Part shown: piece by piece, positions 38,383 to 48,896 of the stretch
How the letters are laid out: each line of letters opens with the position of its first letter
How positions within the stretch are numbered: the first letter of the stretch is position 1
NCBI GenBank assembly: GCA_965113315.1
Contig: OZ220371.1
Source: Podarcis vaucheri
Lineage: Eukaryota
DNA length: 64,000 nucleotides
Direction: 5' to 3' (one strand)
Translations under genes and position numbers: made by a program
Notes under the pieces: generated by a model
What the model saw: only the letters and a program-made list of their open reading frames with translations
The model's database searches: none
What the model was told of the DNA's origin: nothing

Positions 38383-39477
38383 GTAGGGGAGGCATATTGT
38401 AGGTCAGGACATTGTACGCTCCCCTGATCAGCTCAGGCAGGAATTCCCTTGATCAGGCCAGCTGTAATAAATGTTAGATAAATGATGCATGTAATGTAAA
38501 ATCAGGTTTCAGTTAAAATCCTTGGGAAAAGAGAAGTGGTAGAAATCAAGGGTGTATATCTTTTTGCTTTAGAAGGATGTAGTCTTGCTTACTTGGATTT
38601 GTAGGAAACATTATCACCCTTTTCACCTCTCCAGTATTGTAAGAATAGGTACTCCCTCACAACGTATTCTTAGAATGACTTTTTCTGTCCATCCTTTATC
38701 AAACCTTTTTCTTGAAGTACCTCTGTATGACTCTGTAACCAAGACTTGCTTGAACCATTTTGTGACTGAATCAAACTAGAATGCTCACTTTGATATAAAG
38801 TTCCAAATTCTATCACATCCCATCTACTTTTCCATGGTAACTTGCCTGCCCCAATTGTAGATTAAGCTCCTTAAATTGAAAACCAGCCCTTTTTCTAAAA
38901 GGAAAAAGAAATAACCACATAGGTATTTCAGTTCAGATAGCAGAAATAAGGTTAGGTTAAATTAAGATAATCTGTTGCTATACCGCTTCCAACAAATTTG
39001 GGGTTAAACACCGCCCTGTAACTTATTGTATTGATACAATTGAAAATGCTCAGTTTTCCAATAAATTATTTGACCTTTATATTATCAGTCACTCAGGTGT
39101 GCTTGCTCCCATATTCTTATGCTGTCATCCAGGAAGGGAGTAAGTGTTTTTTCCAGTTATAACAGTAGGCCACATGTTAGCTAGGTATATTATGTGTTTT
39201 GCGGCTGCTGATAAAACACATTGTGAATAGATGTATTGGAAGTTCATATCCTGTTATTGCTTTATTTTGTTTATAACAGTTTCCCTGTATTTTAGGGCAT
39301 AACCCCAAAGATACAAAACTATGATACTCTTCATTGCTGTACAACAGCTGGCATGTCATTGTTCTGAACATTTTGTATTTAAAAAACATGTTTACCATTA
39401 TGTACTGAACTGAGTAGCATACAGATAGTGACTTAAAATAAAGGCATATCTTCTAAAATTTAATTTCCTTATTGTAG

Positions 39478-39641
39478 CATCAGAAAGGAAAACAAATCAG
39501 ATTCAAACGTCTTGAGACATTTTTGCGGGATTCTCATCGGAAACACAGAGATGATGTCCGTTTGAGGCGCATGGAACATAAGCCCCGGCTGCTGCTAATG
39601 CCTGAGGGACACAAACTGGCTTTCGCAGTACGGATTGCAGA
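39478..39641 (+). CDS. RPL7L1: RPL7L1 coding exon 3
   Basis: tgtag| ... |gtaagc; encodes [36 protein letters not shown]...[10 protein letters not shown]. Confidence 0.95.
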
Positions 39642-40507
39642 GTAAGCATCTGTTTGTCATATGTAACTTAGTTTTCCAGCAATCTGCTGGTTTCCACTGC
39701 TTTGCTCATTCTAGTTTTCCGATTTGTGCAGATTATGTGGATTGTTTTTTTAAAAAATAAGTTACCGTCCATGGACATGTTTGCAGAAGAGTGAATTGGT
39801 GGTATTGATGAATTATGACAGAACAAAAAACCTTCTTGAACTGAACACTGAATAAAAGCAATAACAGCAAACCTTGGCTTCCTGCTTTTGGTTTGTTTGA
39901 GTGAAGCAAACCATGAGCATTGGTTTGGACATTTTGCTAAGCCCAAGGGTAGGGGATTTGATCCAACGATGTGACAGGTTCCTGATGTCCCCCCTCCCAC
40001 ACCCATAGTGCACTTCAAAATGTAGGCAGGGGCACCCATCAGATGTCATTATGACACCAGGTTAAGCTTTTTTCCTTTACAGAAGGGCTTGATTTCAATG
40101 GACCTTTGGACAACAAAGCACTTCTTGCTTCGACAATTGGGGCCTGCACTTACTGCTGTCAAATCCGGTTTGCAGAGAAACGGGCCCCTTATTGTCCCTT
40201 TACAGTTATGATTTTACCCACTCCACAACTGATGGCAAAGGAGTAGCTCTGGCTAGAGAAAAACAGCCTTGTGGGCCAAATATGACCTGTGGGCTGGAGG
40301 TTCCCTATGCCTCCGCTAAGCCCAGGGCTCATAGTTTGTTGCTTCCTGCTGAATGGAGAAATGAAACATCGGGCTGTAGCTTTAGGACACAACTTTCAAG
40401 AAAATGTAAAAAGGTGATTGTTAATGCATATCTATATTTGTTTCTGCTGACTATGGAGCTTTCTGTCCAAGGGGAGAATTTGGCTGATTTCTTCTACTTT
40501 GCTTTAG

Positions 40508-40645
40508 AATTAAAGGTGTGAGCCTACGCGTGCGGCATGTCATACATAGGCTACGGTTGAGAAAGATTTACAGTGGCACGTTTGTTAAATTGTCACCAAC
40601 ATCTCTGAAAATGCTGCGTACTGTGGAGCCTTATGTGGCATGGGG
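40508..40645 (+). CDS. RPL7L1: RPL7L1 coding exon 4
   Basis: tttag| ... |gttagt; encodes [46 protein letters not shown]. Confidence 0.96.
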
Positions 40646-40845
40646 GTTAGTACAACTTTTATTTTTGTGTGTGGGAGGGATGGTTAAAGGCAATGAAATG
40701 AATATAAAAGGCACCATAACTTCGAAAAAGTTAAGTAGATTTCTTTTTTGCATGCTAATACTGGCATGTCAGGAAAGATGAACTGGCAAGTACAAAACTG
40801 CTCTCAATCTATTTTTCTGTGACCTTTTTGAGGATGGGGATGGAA

Positions 40846-40901
40846 TCTCTCTCTCTCTCTCTCTCTCTCCCTCTCCCTCTCTCTCTCTCTCTGTGTGTGT
40901 G
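40846..40901. repeat. (CT)n(GT)n compound microsatellite
   Basis: Seen directly in RPL7L1 intron 4. Confidence 0.9.
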
Positions 40902-41525
40902 TTACTGCTGCCTTTGGAAATGGTACAATCATCCAGGGCTTATTAGCCTGACTTTAAATATAGCTATATATACATTTGATATATTTAGTGTGGGTCTTTT
41001 TATCTGTTGACATCAATAGATGTTTTGTATGAAGGTGGGTTAACAGCATAATATACATTTGTGCAGGGGGTTAATTATGCAACACAGGTTGGGCTCAGAT
41101 CAGGCGGCATTTGCAGTCTGCTTCAAAGAAGATTTTGTGCATTTGTCTTCTGAAAACAATTTAGGCATGAATATGCTGCAATAATCCACTTCGTAACTGA
41201 ACTATAAAATAGGCTGTTAATACAACATCAAAACTTTGATTATAAAAATACATGCCACAATGCATTCTGTCTTGGAGCAGTAGTTTGCACAAATCTTGCC
41301 TAGTTCTATACCTTGAGTCCCATTGAGAAGAGGTATGTTCTAAGGATGGCGGGAGTATTAAAAACAAGTAGGAAACTGTTTCATACTGTGCTTTAAAATG
41401 ACTAGTGTTGTGGCCATTCTATAGGAGCTAAATAGCAGTTACTTACCAAGTAAGTTGCCATTTTGGAAGGATCTTGTAGTTTTTGAAAAATTCTCCAGCA
41501 ACATCACCACTAATTTTGTTTACAG

Positions 41526-41635
41526 TTATCCGAACCTGAAATCTATTCGAGAGTTGATCCTGAAACGAGGCCATGCAAAGGTCAATAAGAAAAAGCTTGC
41601 TTTGACAGACAACATTCTGATAGAGGAGCATTTGG
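41526..41635 (+). CDS. RPL7L1: RPL7L1 coding exon 5
   Basis: ttacag| ... |gtaaga; encodes [37 protein letters not shown]. Confidence 0.96.
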
Positions 41636-41769
41636 GTAAGAGATTTTATGTAGGGGAGGACACTAAGCTTTGGGGCAGCATGTGCGTTATTGTGATCTAA
41701 GAAAAGGGTAGTGAAATGACCAAAGAAATTGGATGTTACTGTGTTTCTAAAATCATTTCTCCCTCTTAG

Positions 41770-41978
41770 GAAACTCCGGTATTATTTGTTTGGAAGATCT
41801 TATTCATGAAATTTACTCAGCTGGGAAACATTTTCATGAAGTCAACAACTTCTTGTGGCCGTTCCACCTGTCAGTAGCTCGCCACGCCGCCCGCAATAAA
41901 GCAGGGTTCCACAAAGAGATTGGTGATACTGGATTTCGAGGTAGTGGAATCAACAAACTCATCCGTCATTTGAACTAG
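41770..41978 (+). CDS. RPL7L1: RPL7L1 coding exon 6 (stop TAG at 41976-41978)
   Basis: cttag|; encodes [14 protein letters not shown]...[13 protein letters not shown]...INKLIRHLN*. The LSVARHA motif distinguishes RPL7L1 from RPL7. The spliced CDS is 744 nt (247 aa). Confidence 0.96.
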
Positions 41979-42839
41979 GCTCAGGTGGGTGCTCTAACAC
42001 CGGCTTTTATGGATTTCAATTACTGCTTAGTTATATGTTAAAAATGGTCTTGGAGTTCCTTACGAAGAATGGCCATAGTTCAGAAAAGTGGACCACATCT
42101 CAAATTATTCATTGTGCTGTTGGATTGTGAAATTTATAGGAAGATAAGGAAGCCAAAACCATCAAGTTTCAATCTCGGGGTATAAAACCAGAAGATGGGA
42201 GTGATCTGAAGTTTGACTCCTCAGCATCTTAAATTTGCAGGATTGGGTAGCAGAGTTGGACCTCCTGTAGAGTACAGAGACTGATGAACTGATGGTCTGG
42301 GCCAGAATGAGACAAGTTCGTGTGACTTCATATTCAGTTGTCCTCATGTTTGGCAGCTTCTGGTAGATTCCAGTAAGTTGTATTCAAAAAACAGAGCAGG
42401 ACTAAAAGTTTACTCTGCAGTGGATCATACTTTATAAAAATCCACATGGTTTGTGTATATTATGTCATATGCTTCAGAGAAAGGTGGAGAAAATTCCCGT
42501 CAGTAGTAATAGTAGTTTAGGTTCTTACATACTATGAAAGCATAACTAACTGGCAATTCATAACCCCAATTCATTTAAAGAGCAGTTAAATCCAAGCAGC
42601 ATCTTAAGTTCTCAGTGTTTTGAGGTGGGTTTTTTAAACTGTTCAGGATTCCATCTCCAGTTACACTGCATGTTTGTGTGCTAGACAGTAATGAGTTTAA
42701 CTCTCAACAGCAACTTCCTTGTATACTTTTTTTCCAGCTCAGTCATAAAAGTAACATTTGCTTTTAATATTTTTCCAACAGCTTTCTTCAGTAGGCACTA
42801 AACATAATTATAGTGATTTCTTTTTACTTTTTCTAACAG

Positions 42840-43950
42840 GTTATGAACGTTATTAAGGATGTTCTGGAAGATATTTATTTGTACTCCATGATGTACATTG
42901 GCTCTTCAGAGACGCCTGAGACTGCAACATGACAATACTTCTGTTCCTTTCTCTGTCTCACTGTGTGATGGTGAAACTACATTTCCATAGTTGAGTTGAA
43001 AGAGATCCAAGATGTGATTTAAATGTTATCCTGCACATAGAATGGAAAAAGAATGGAAGAACTCCTAAAATTCCACTTGCACAGCCCTCTGAAATTAATA
43101 TATTGCTTACAACAGTGTTTCCCAAACGTTTTTGGGCAACGGCACACCTGTTTACCGGAAAAAAATCTCGCGGCACACCACCATTAAAGCCCCGCCCCGT
43201 GACGTCAGCGCGCAGCGTCACGCCGGGAGGGACGCACAAAAGTGAACGTTTTTTCCCTTCCCCTTGCCGGGGTGGGAGGAGGCAGCAGAGCGAGGGACTG
43301 AGCGGCGGCTGAGGCGGCTGTTGTGGTGGTGGCGGCGATAGCGGGCGGAGGAGGAGCCGTCGCCGGGAGTTGCTGCTGTTGCTGCTGCTGCCCGGACATG
43401 CCGGCCTCCTCCTCCTCCGCTGTCTCGCGCTCCTCCCTTTTGCGTGCGCTGCCCCGCCGCTCGGCACCACCACCGCGGAGCCGCCCCCGGCTCGACGCGG
43501 ATCCTCGCCGCCGCCGCCTCTCGCCCGCCTCCCTCCCACGGCACACCAGCCGGTGTCTCACGGCACACTAGTGTGCCGCGGAACACCGGTTGGGAAACAC
43601 TGGCTTACAAAGACAGTGGGGATGTTTTGAAACCCAGCAATGCTTTTTGCATGGAGTTTCATTATGCATTTTGAATACAAAAGTGGGAAAACTTGGCATT
43701 TTTAAGATGCACGCTTGGGAGTAGGAAACCTAATATGATCTAAACCTGGTGATCATATTCTGCAGGAATATCCTGAACATGTCAGGATCCTCTTCCCAGA
43801 TTGCTTGAATTGGCTGGCAAGTAGTTGATGCCTTAAATTCTCCTGTCAAACCCTTTGGTCAGCCCATGTCTAAAATAGCCACTTTGAACGTAGTTTTCAA
43901 ACTTCTTTTGTATGTAAAGTCTCGAATAAAAAGATTTATTAAATTTTTGC
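42840..43950 (+). other. RPL7L1: Putative RPL7L1 terminal non-coding exon (3'UTR)
   Basis: Donor CAG|GTGGGT at 41984/41985; acceptor tttctttttactttttctaacag| at 42839; AATAAA at 43925-43930 followed by a GT-rich tract. Confidence 0.55.
43113..43602. mobile_element. hAT-Charlie-like MITE carrying CpG-island-like cargo
   Basis: 13-bp perfect TIR CAGTGTTTCCCAA; perfect 8-bp TSD GCTTACAA (43105-43112, 43603-43610); subterminal CGGCACAC repeats. Confidence 0.93.
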
Positions 43951-44103
43951 TTTGTGGTGCTTGCTTATATACCATCAACTATCTCCCCTTGTCCACCCTC
44001 CTGGCATAAATAAACTTGGGGAAAAACCTAGTTTTTTCATTAGCCATTAGTAGAGCTGCAGAGGGAAACATTAAGCTAGAGACAATTTGTCAGGATGGCA
44101 GTA

Positions 44104-44322
44104 CAGTCATACCTGGGTTGTCAAATGCCTTGTGAGGCGAACGTTTTGGCTTCCGAATGCTGCAAACCTGGAAGTGAGTGTTCCGGTTTGCAAACATTCT
44201 TTGGAATGCGAATGTCTGATGCTGCTTCCCATTGAGTGCAGGAAGCTCTTGCAGCCAATCGGAAGCCACGCCTTCGTTTTCGAAAGTCGAACAGATTCAG
44301 TTCAAGAACCAAGGTATGGCTG
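44104..44322. mobile_element. Tigger-type MITE, degraded
   Basis: TA + CAGTCATACCT ... AGGTATGGCTG termini; related copy at 47520-47670. Confidence 0.7.
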
Positions 44323-44610
44323 TGTATATATAGATGCCAATATTTTAGTGAAAACGCTCCACAGCAATTAAAATCAGTAGGAAAAACTCATTGGTGCCAA
44401 TCCTAGGTGTCTTAAGCCTAACAGCTACAGTATGTGCAGGGCTGTGAGCCAGATCAAGCTGATATTTCCAGTCCCTAAGGTTGTAATATTCTTGCTAACC
44501 TTCGCCACAACACAGACAAAATTAAGTAGTTTATTGGCAGTAGACTCACCTAAGTAAATATAGGCAGCTATACAGGACACTTATGATACAAAGATCAGTT
44601 GAAGTTCTAC

Positions 44611-44616
44611 TTTATT
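44611..44616 (-). terminator. MAD2L1: Candidate MAD2L1 polyadenylation signal
   Basis: AATAAA on the minus strand about 255 nt past the stop codon; a second one lies at 44530-44535. Confidence 0.55.
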
Positions 44617-44871
44617 TTTTTATCCTACAAAATACAATTAAAAACATTCAGTCCACACTCCTGTAATAACCAGAGTGAGGAAATTCAGTCGCATATCAAA
44701 TAACAGAATTTCAGCATTCATTCTTAGAAATATATCCACAGTATATTTAAGCTATGTACAAAGTATGTTTTCCCTGTTAGTTTTACTGGAACACAAAGGA
44801 TCTATGCAGAATGTAATTACTATTTGCTAAAGAAGTTAAGAGGAAGCTTATGTACAGTCTTATTTGCAGAG

Positions 44872-45044
44872 TCAGGGGAAGCTGTCCTTTTTGTAGGCCA
44901 CCATACTGTTGACTTTGTGTATTGTAGTTGTGAAGGAACGAAGACGAACTTCTTCAGAGTTAGCAATGAACTGTGGACCAGACTCTTCCCATTTTTCTGG
45001 AACAGCTAAGTCTTTGTCTGTGAAAATCAGCAGGTCAAATGCAC
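44872..45044 (-). CDS. MAD2L1: Mitotic spindle checkpoint protein MAD2A, coding exon 5 (stop)
   Basis: ttgcag|; encodes CAFDLLIFTDKDLAVPEKWEESGPQFIANSEEVRLRSFTTTIHKVNSMVAYKKDSFP*. The spliced CDS is 618 nt (205 aa). Confidence 0.97.
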
Positions 45045-45413
45045 CTGCAAGGAAAAACCCAGTGTTACTAGATTTATATTGCATGCCTATATTCTAAATT
45101 CATTTTTAAGGGTAGAATAAAATTGTATGCTTGTATTTAAAATTCAAGCACATTCATACTTTTTCTGTATTAATGCTGCAATAATACATTAATTGAACCA
45201 AATTAGGACTGGATCATTCATTCATATCCATCACTTGATGGCTAACTACAATATGTTGAAATTGGATTATCAGAACTGCAGTTTACTGAACGAGTGTTAA
45301 CCAGATTTAGGGTCATTGTCTAGTTTTAATGCCTCCAAACAATTTTACTGATGCAGCCCACTACACTTACAGCCTTCCTTCCCATGAAAGACCCCATCTA
45401 TGTTATGTCAACT

Positions 45414-45668
45414 TAAAGTGAGGTTACAAGGAACCAGACAGAGGGCCTTCTCGGTAGTGGCGCCCGCCCTGTGGAACGCCCTCCCTTCAGATGTGAAGGA
45501 AATAATCAGCTATCTTCTTTTTAAAAGACATCTGAAGGCAGCCCTGTTTAGGGAAGTTTTTAATATTTAATGCTGTATTGTTTTTAACACTTGATTGGAA
45601 GCCGCCCAGAGTGGCTGGGGAAACTCAGCCAGATGGGCGGGGTATAAATAATAAAATTATTATTATTA
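45414..45668 (+). mobile_element. L2 3' end in MAD2L1 intron 4
   Basis: Close match to the 3' end of the L2 at 11661-11930; (ATT)n tail. Confidence 0.9.
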
Positions 45669-46190
45669 ATGTGAATCACTTTCATTGAACTTTTGACAGC
45701 ATTTTCTGCAAACAGCAGCAGTCTGCTTGTTTGAATTGCTGTGAAGTGTGAGTAAGCGGGCGGGATGAGGGTGATAAGCCTCTTCCCTTCCACCCTATAA
45801 CTGTTCCTGCTATCCCACCCTATTTTCTTTCCAACAGGTGTTACACCTGATCTCAGAGCACCACTGAGAAAAGGCTGGGGAGAGCATGGGCAGGGAAAGG
45901 ATACAGCACCATCCAGTTTGAAGAGACTATTTTGCAGCTGTTCAGCCCACTCAGATTTTATAAAATAATATGGCATCATCTGAAAATTAACTCATTGTTC
46001 ACCTTATGCCAGATAAATTGTTTACATCCCTTAAATGTTTGGCAATGCACTTCTTTACAGAAATTCGGTTGTATGTGAAAATGTATCAAGTTGCAGTACT
46101 CATTTCCTTGCTCTGTAGCCTATACTATGAATAAGCCCCCAAATAGATTTGCTGCATTCTGTCAAGAGCATCAAGTGACAAGATACTTAC

Positions 46191-46294
46191 ATGTTGTTTC
46201 TAGTAAAGGAAGGAAAGTTACTGTGGCTGTTATCTGTCTGATAACAGATTTTATTTCATCCTGTATAGCTTTCTGAGATTTCTCTCTCGGTGCA
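46191..46294 (-). CDS. MAD2L1: MAD2L1 coding exon 4
   Basis: ttttag| ... |gtaagt; encodes APREKSQKAIQDEIKSVIRQITATVTFLPLLETT (104 nt). Confidence 0.97.
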
Positions 46295-47163
46295 CTAAAA
46301 TAGCAATCAAAAGCTGTCATTAAACAAGTCTGACATCATAAATTAACAAAGCTATTAGTTTTTTACATAGTAAATATCCACTGGTCCAAATTATATGCCA
46401 TGTTTGGTGTGGTTGCTTTGCAGGTTTCCATTGCCTATGCCAGGGAGGCAGAACCATTGGCTTACAGGCCAAGTTAGGCCTGGCAGACCCTAAACCTACT
46501 CCACATCTGATGTCCTATGCAACACCAGAGGTGGGACAGGAACAATTAGCAGCCTTACAGTTACACTTCTGGCAAGCCCACTTCAGGCAGGTATGTGCTA
46601 GGCTATAGAATTTTGGACTTTTTACTCCAAGTGCAGTCAATACCTGACTATAAATTGTGGCTTGGTGAATTCAGAGCAGTGATGAAAGGGAAAAGCTTAC
46701 TTTCGGTCACTTGATGTCATGCAATTGACAGGACATACCCATCTGTCAGAATGGTCCACGAGGGTGGGGTAGGGTGGCGGAGGTCAGGAGCTGGTCTGCC
46801 GGTCAAATCTTTTCCCCCACTCCTAGCCTACATCTATAGCATTTTACTTGTGTGCATTTGCTACTGACACCCCAGGCCTTAGAATGCAGTAGCTGACCAC
46901 TTTGCAACGACAACCCTTGCTTTACTCATTTGCAAGCCACGTCTCCCCCTTAGGAAGTCCCCATTTTGAAGGAGGCAGCTACATATCTCTATATCCACAA
47001 GCATATCCATATCATCCATCTCTACAAGACAATTAAGTTGTCACCACAATTTACCATATGCTTTTTTGGGCCTGGGGTGAGGGAAGAGCACATTTTGAAT
47101 ACAAAGCTGAATAAATGCCTACATTTTGCGTTGTTTGAAACAATGGTGTTTGAATGCACTTAC

Positions 47164-47284
47164 CTTTCATCCTTTGCAGCTTTGTCACATTCAATGTCAA
47201 ACTGCCACCTTTCCAGAACTTCACTGGTTTCTTTACTGGAGATCACCACTACTAGCCGCTGAACTAGGCATTCATAGAGCCATT
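47164..47284 (-). CDS. MAD2L1: MAD2L1 coding exon 3
   Basis: cccag| ... |gtaagt; encodes EWLYECLVQRLVVVISSKETSEVLERWQFDIECDKAAKDE (121 nt). Confidence 0.97.
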
Positions 47285-47519
47285 CTGGGAAAAAAACCAA
47301 GACGAAAAATAGCTTCCCAGAAGTCCCAGTGTTACACACCCTTAAAACATTTTAAACCACCTGAAATAAACACTACTACTGTCTTTCTGCAAACTATTAA
47401 CCATACAGGCAACCTGCAGTTTATAGGATACACATGGTACACTTGATGTAGGAAGCCTGATGTGCAAGAATTATGCCAGAACTTCAACTAAATAAAAATT
47501 TCAAACAGTATTCCTATAT

Positions 47520-47670
47520 AGTCAATCCTTGGCTCCCAAATGCCAAAAACCCGGAAGTAACTGCTCCGGTTTTCTCCATTGACTTTGCCCTTTGATCCTT
47601 GGTTGTCAAATGTTTTGGAAGTCGAAAGGTCTTCCGGAACAGATTACGTTCAACAACTGAGGTTTGACTG
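47520..47670. mobile_element. Degraded Tigger-type MITE in MAD2L1 intron 2
   Basis: Shares cc(c/t)ggaagt, ggttgtcaaatg and aagtcgaa blocks with 44104-44322; ends gaggtttgactg. Confidence 0.55.
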
Positions 47671-48749
47671 AACATAAATGAGGTGACTTAATTTTATACA
47701 CGAGGAATGGCCAACTTCTGTATTCTTGGTAGTGGACCTGTTTTTCTAAATTGCTTGGGAGTCCACAGTATGTTTTGCCACACAAACTTATCTCCTTATA
47801 TGGCTTCAGGCTTTACCAGTTGCTCCCATCTAGCAGTAGTGATTTCAGAGTTCTGGAACATATATGCAAGGTATATACAAATTACAAAGGTAATACAAAT
47901 GTATTACCAACACCCATTATTGAGGTTGCTGCTAACTGCTCCCATCGTGAAAAAGGACTCTAAGAATAAAGGAGTGTTTACCTTTGTACTATCTTCTGGA
48001 GACTGCAGAAACAGCACTTCACTGATGCAAAAGCCCAATAAAGATGAGTTTATCTACCTTTCCATTTCTTTAAAAAGGAAGTGTCTGCTCAGCTTCAACT
48101 GATTCTCCAACTATGTCCCTTCCTAAAGAACACAAATCTGGCCAATTGCTGCATCCAGGTTAGATTACTGAAAGGAGCTGCCCTTATAAGAGCATTTAGA
48201 AACTACAATCAGTGCAAAATTTGGTGGCCAGAATACTTTCTGGTGCTCACTATTCAGATCATGTTACCAGTCTTATTCCATCAGCACTGCTTCCAGTTTG
48301 TTTCTAGGTCTAATTCAAGGTGCTGGCAGGACCCCAGTTGTGGAACCCTCTCCTACGTAAGTCTAACTGAACCTATATTTGATGGTTTTTAGGCAGGCAG
48401 ACAATACATTTTTCTTCTGTTATGATTTTAAAGGTTAGTAATCCTGCTTTTCTGATGTCTGCCCTTTAAGTGATTGAATAGAAAAGAAACAAGAGGTGGC
48501 ATAAGATTTTGCTGAGAGCACATAGGCACTGTCATCCAAAGAAAGATCTTGTATTCATCTACTTTGTGCAATTTTGACAACAATATTTTCTTTAAGGGAA
48601 ACTGCTGAAAGTTTTAAAACTACGTTTTGGCCAATTTGTTGAGCTACTAGGGTCATTTTAAATTATTGTAAGTCTGAGGACAGGGACTGTGTTGTTTTCT
48701 TAATCTCTATGCAGTAATAAGAAAACTGTCAGGAAATAATAAAAAATAC

Positions 48750-48896
48750 CTTTTAGCTGTCCCACCACATTGTTCAGATAATTTTTAAGTTCAGAGTCTG
48801 CAGTTACAAGCATAGTAAGTCCATATTTCTGAACACGTGTAAATGTTTCAGCAGGATAGATCCCACGCTGGTATAAGATACTGTTGATACCATATG
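48750..48896 (-). CDS. MAD2L1: MAD2L1 coding exon 2
   Basis: ctag| ... |gtattt; encodes SYGINSILYQRGIYPAETFTRVQKYGLTMLVTADSELKNYLNNVVGQLK (HORMA domain, 147 nt). Confidence 0.97.

Noticed and set aside
39806-39851. C/D-box snoRNA in RPL7L1 intron 3 (TGATGA...CTGA)
   Set aside because: The boxes are only about 45 nt apart, too short for a typical C/D snoRNA, and the C box lacks the leading purine.
37920-41978. Calling the gene RPL7 instead of RPL7L1
   Set aside because: The N-terminal [16 protein letters not shown] and C-terminal FHLSVARHA match RPL7L1 rather than RPL7.
42958-43674. Six overlapping ORFs as a real protein-coding gene
   Set aside because: The open frames come from stop-poor GC-rich cargo inside a TIR/TSD-bounded MITE, and the frames run through transposon arms.
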